The notes under the pieces were generated by a model. It saw only the letters and a list, made by a program, of their open reading frames with translations. It made no database searches and was not told the origin of the DNA. This document shows, piece by piece, positions 63,999-64,000 of a stretch of DNA of 64,000 nucleotides (the stretch's first letter is position 1; each line of letters opens with the position of its first letter). Source of the DNA: an uncultured virus (IMG/VR IMGVR_UViG_3300032323_004022) (Duplodnaviria > Heunggongvirae > Uroviricota > Caudoviricetes); IMG/VR virus record IMGVR_UViG_3300032323_004022. One strand, written 5' to 3'. A program made the translations under genes and the position numbers.

Positions 63999-64000
63999 AC

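Noticed and set aside
1..64000. Stop-codon recoding, as in some huge phages
   Set aside because: Genes are full length under the standard code, and TAA, TAG and TGA all end genes at tight junctions.
1..64000. CRISPR arrays, tRNAs, rRNA, IS elements
   Set aside because: Intergenic gaps are short and I saw no repeat-spacer or cloverleaf pattern and no transposase. This was checked by eye only.

Overview
AT-rich, densely coding window (standard genetic code) that reads as part of a jumbo/huge tailed-phage genome rather than a cellular chromosome. Positions 1-34.3 kb (+) hold a run of very large predicted virion/baseplate/adhesin genes: PKD+RCC1, a baseplate-hub-like protein, fibre-like paralogues, SwmB repeats, PA14, vWA and beta-propellers. 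Positions 34.3-43.2 kb (+) hold three unrelated peptidases (S8, S26, S1), DnaJ, a possible holin, a UvsW-like helicase, DnaK, a MerC-family protein and a DUF151-like protein. Positions 43.2-61 kb (-) hold two tail-tube-like paralogues, small structural genes, gyrA/gyrB, a 1941-aa repeat protein, PIN-PhoH and a second J-domain protein. These are followed by a GH73 muramidase and a Mu-F-like protein (+) and several hypotheticals (-). The best leads are: (1) giant virion proteins apparently built by nested domain insertion, with one module reused about 16 times; (2) a shared K-x-[AS]-Q / LDxxGxYxxADxI peptide tag on unrelated proteins, a candidate head-cargo targeting/cleavage signal; (3) a DnaK lacking the GrpE-dependence determinants, with two J proteins and three proteases; (4) a recurrent WAGG-N17/18-AAGAAT promoter motif alongside leaderless sigma70-like promoters; (5) an unannotated 23-aa mini transcription unit. 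All family calls are by eye from motifs; no searches were run. No tRNA, rRNA, CRISPR array, integrase or reverse transcriptase was recognised.
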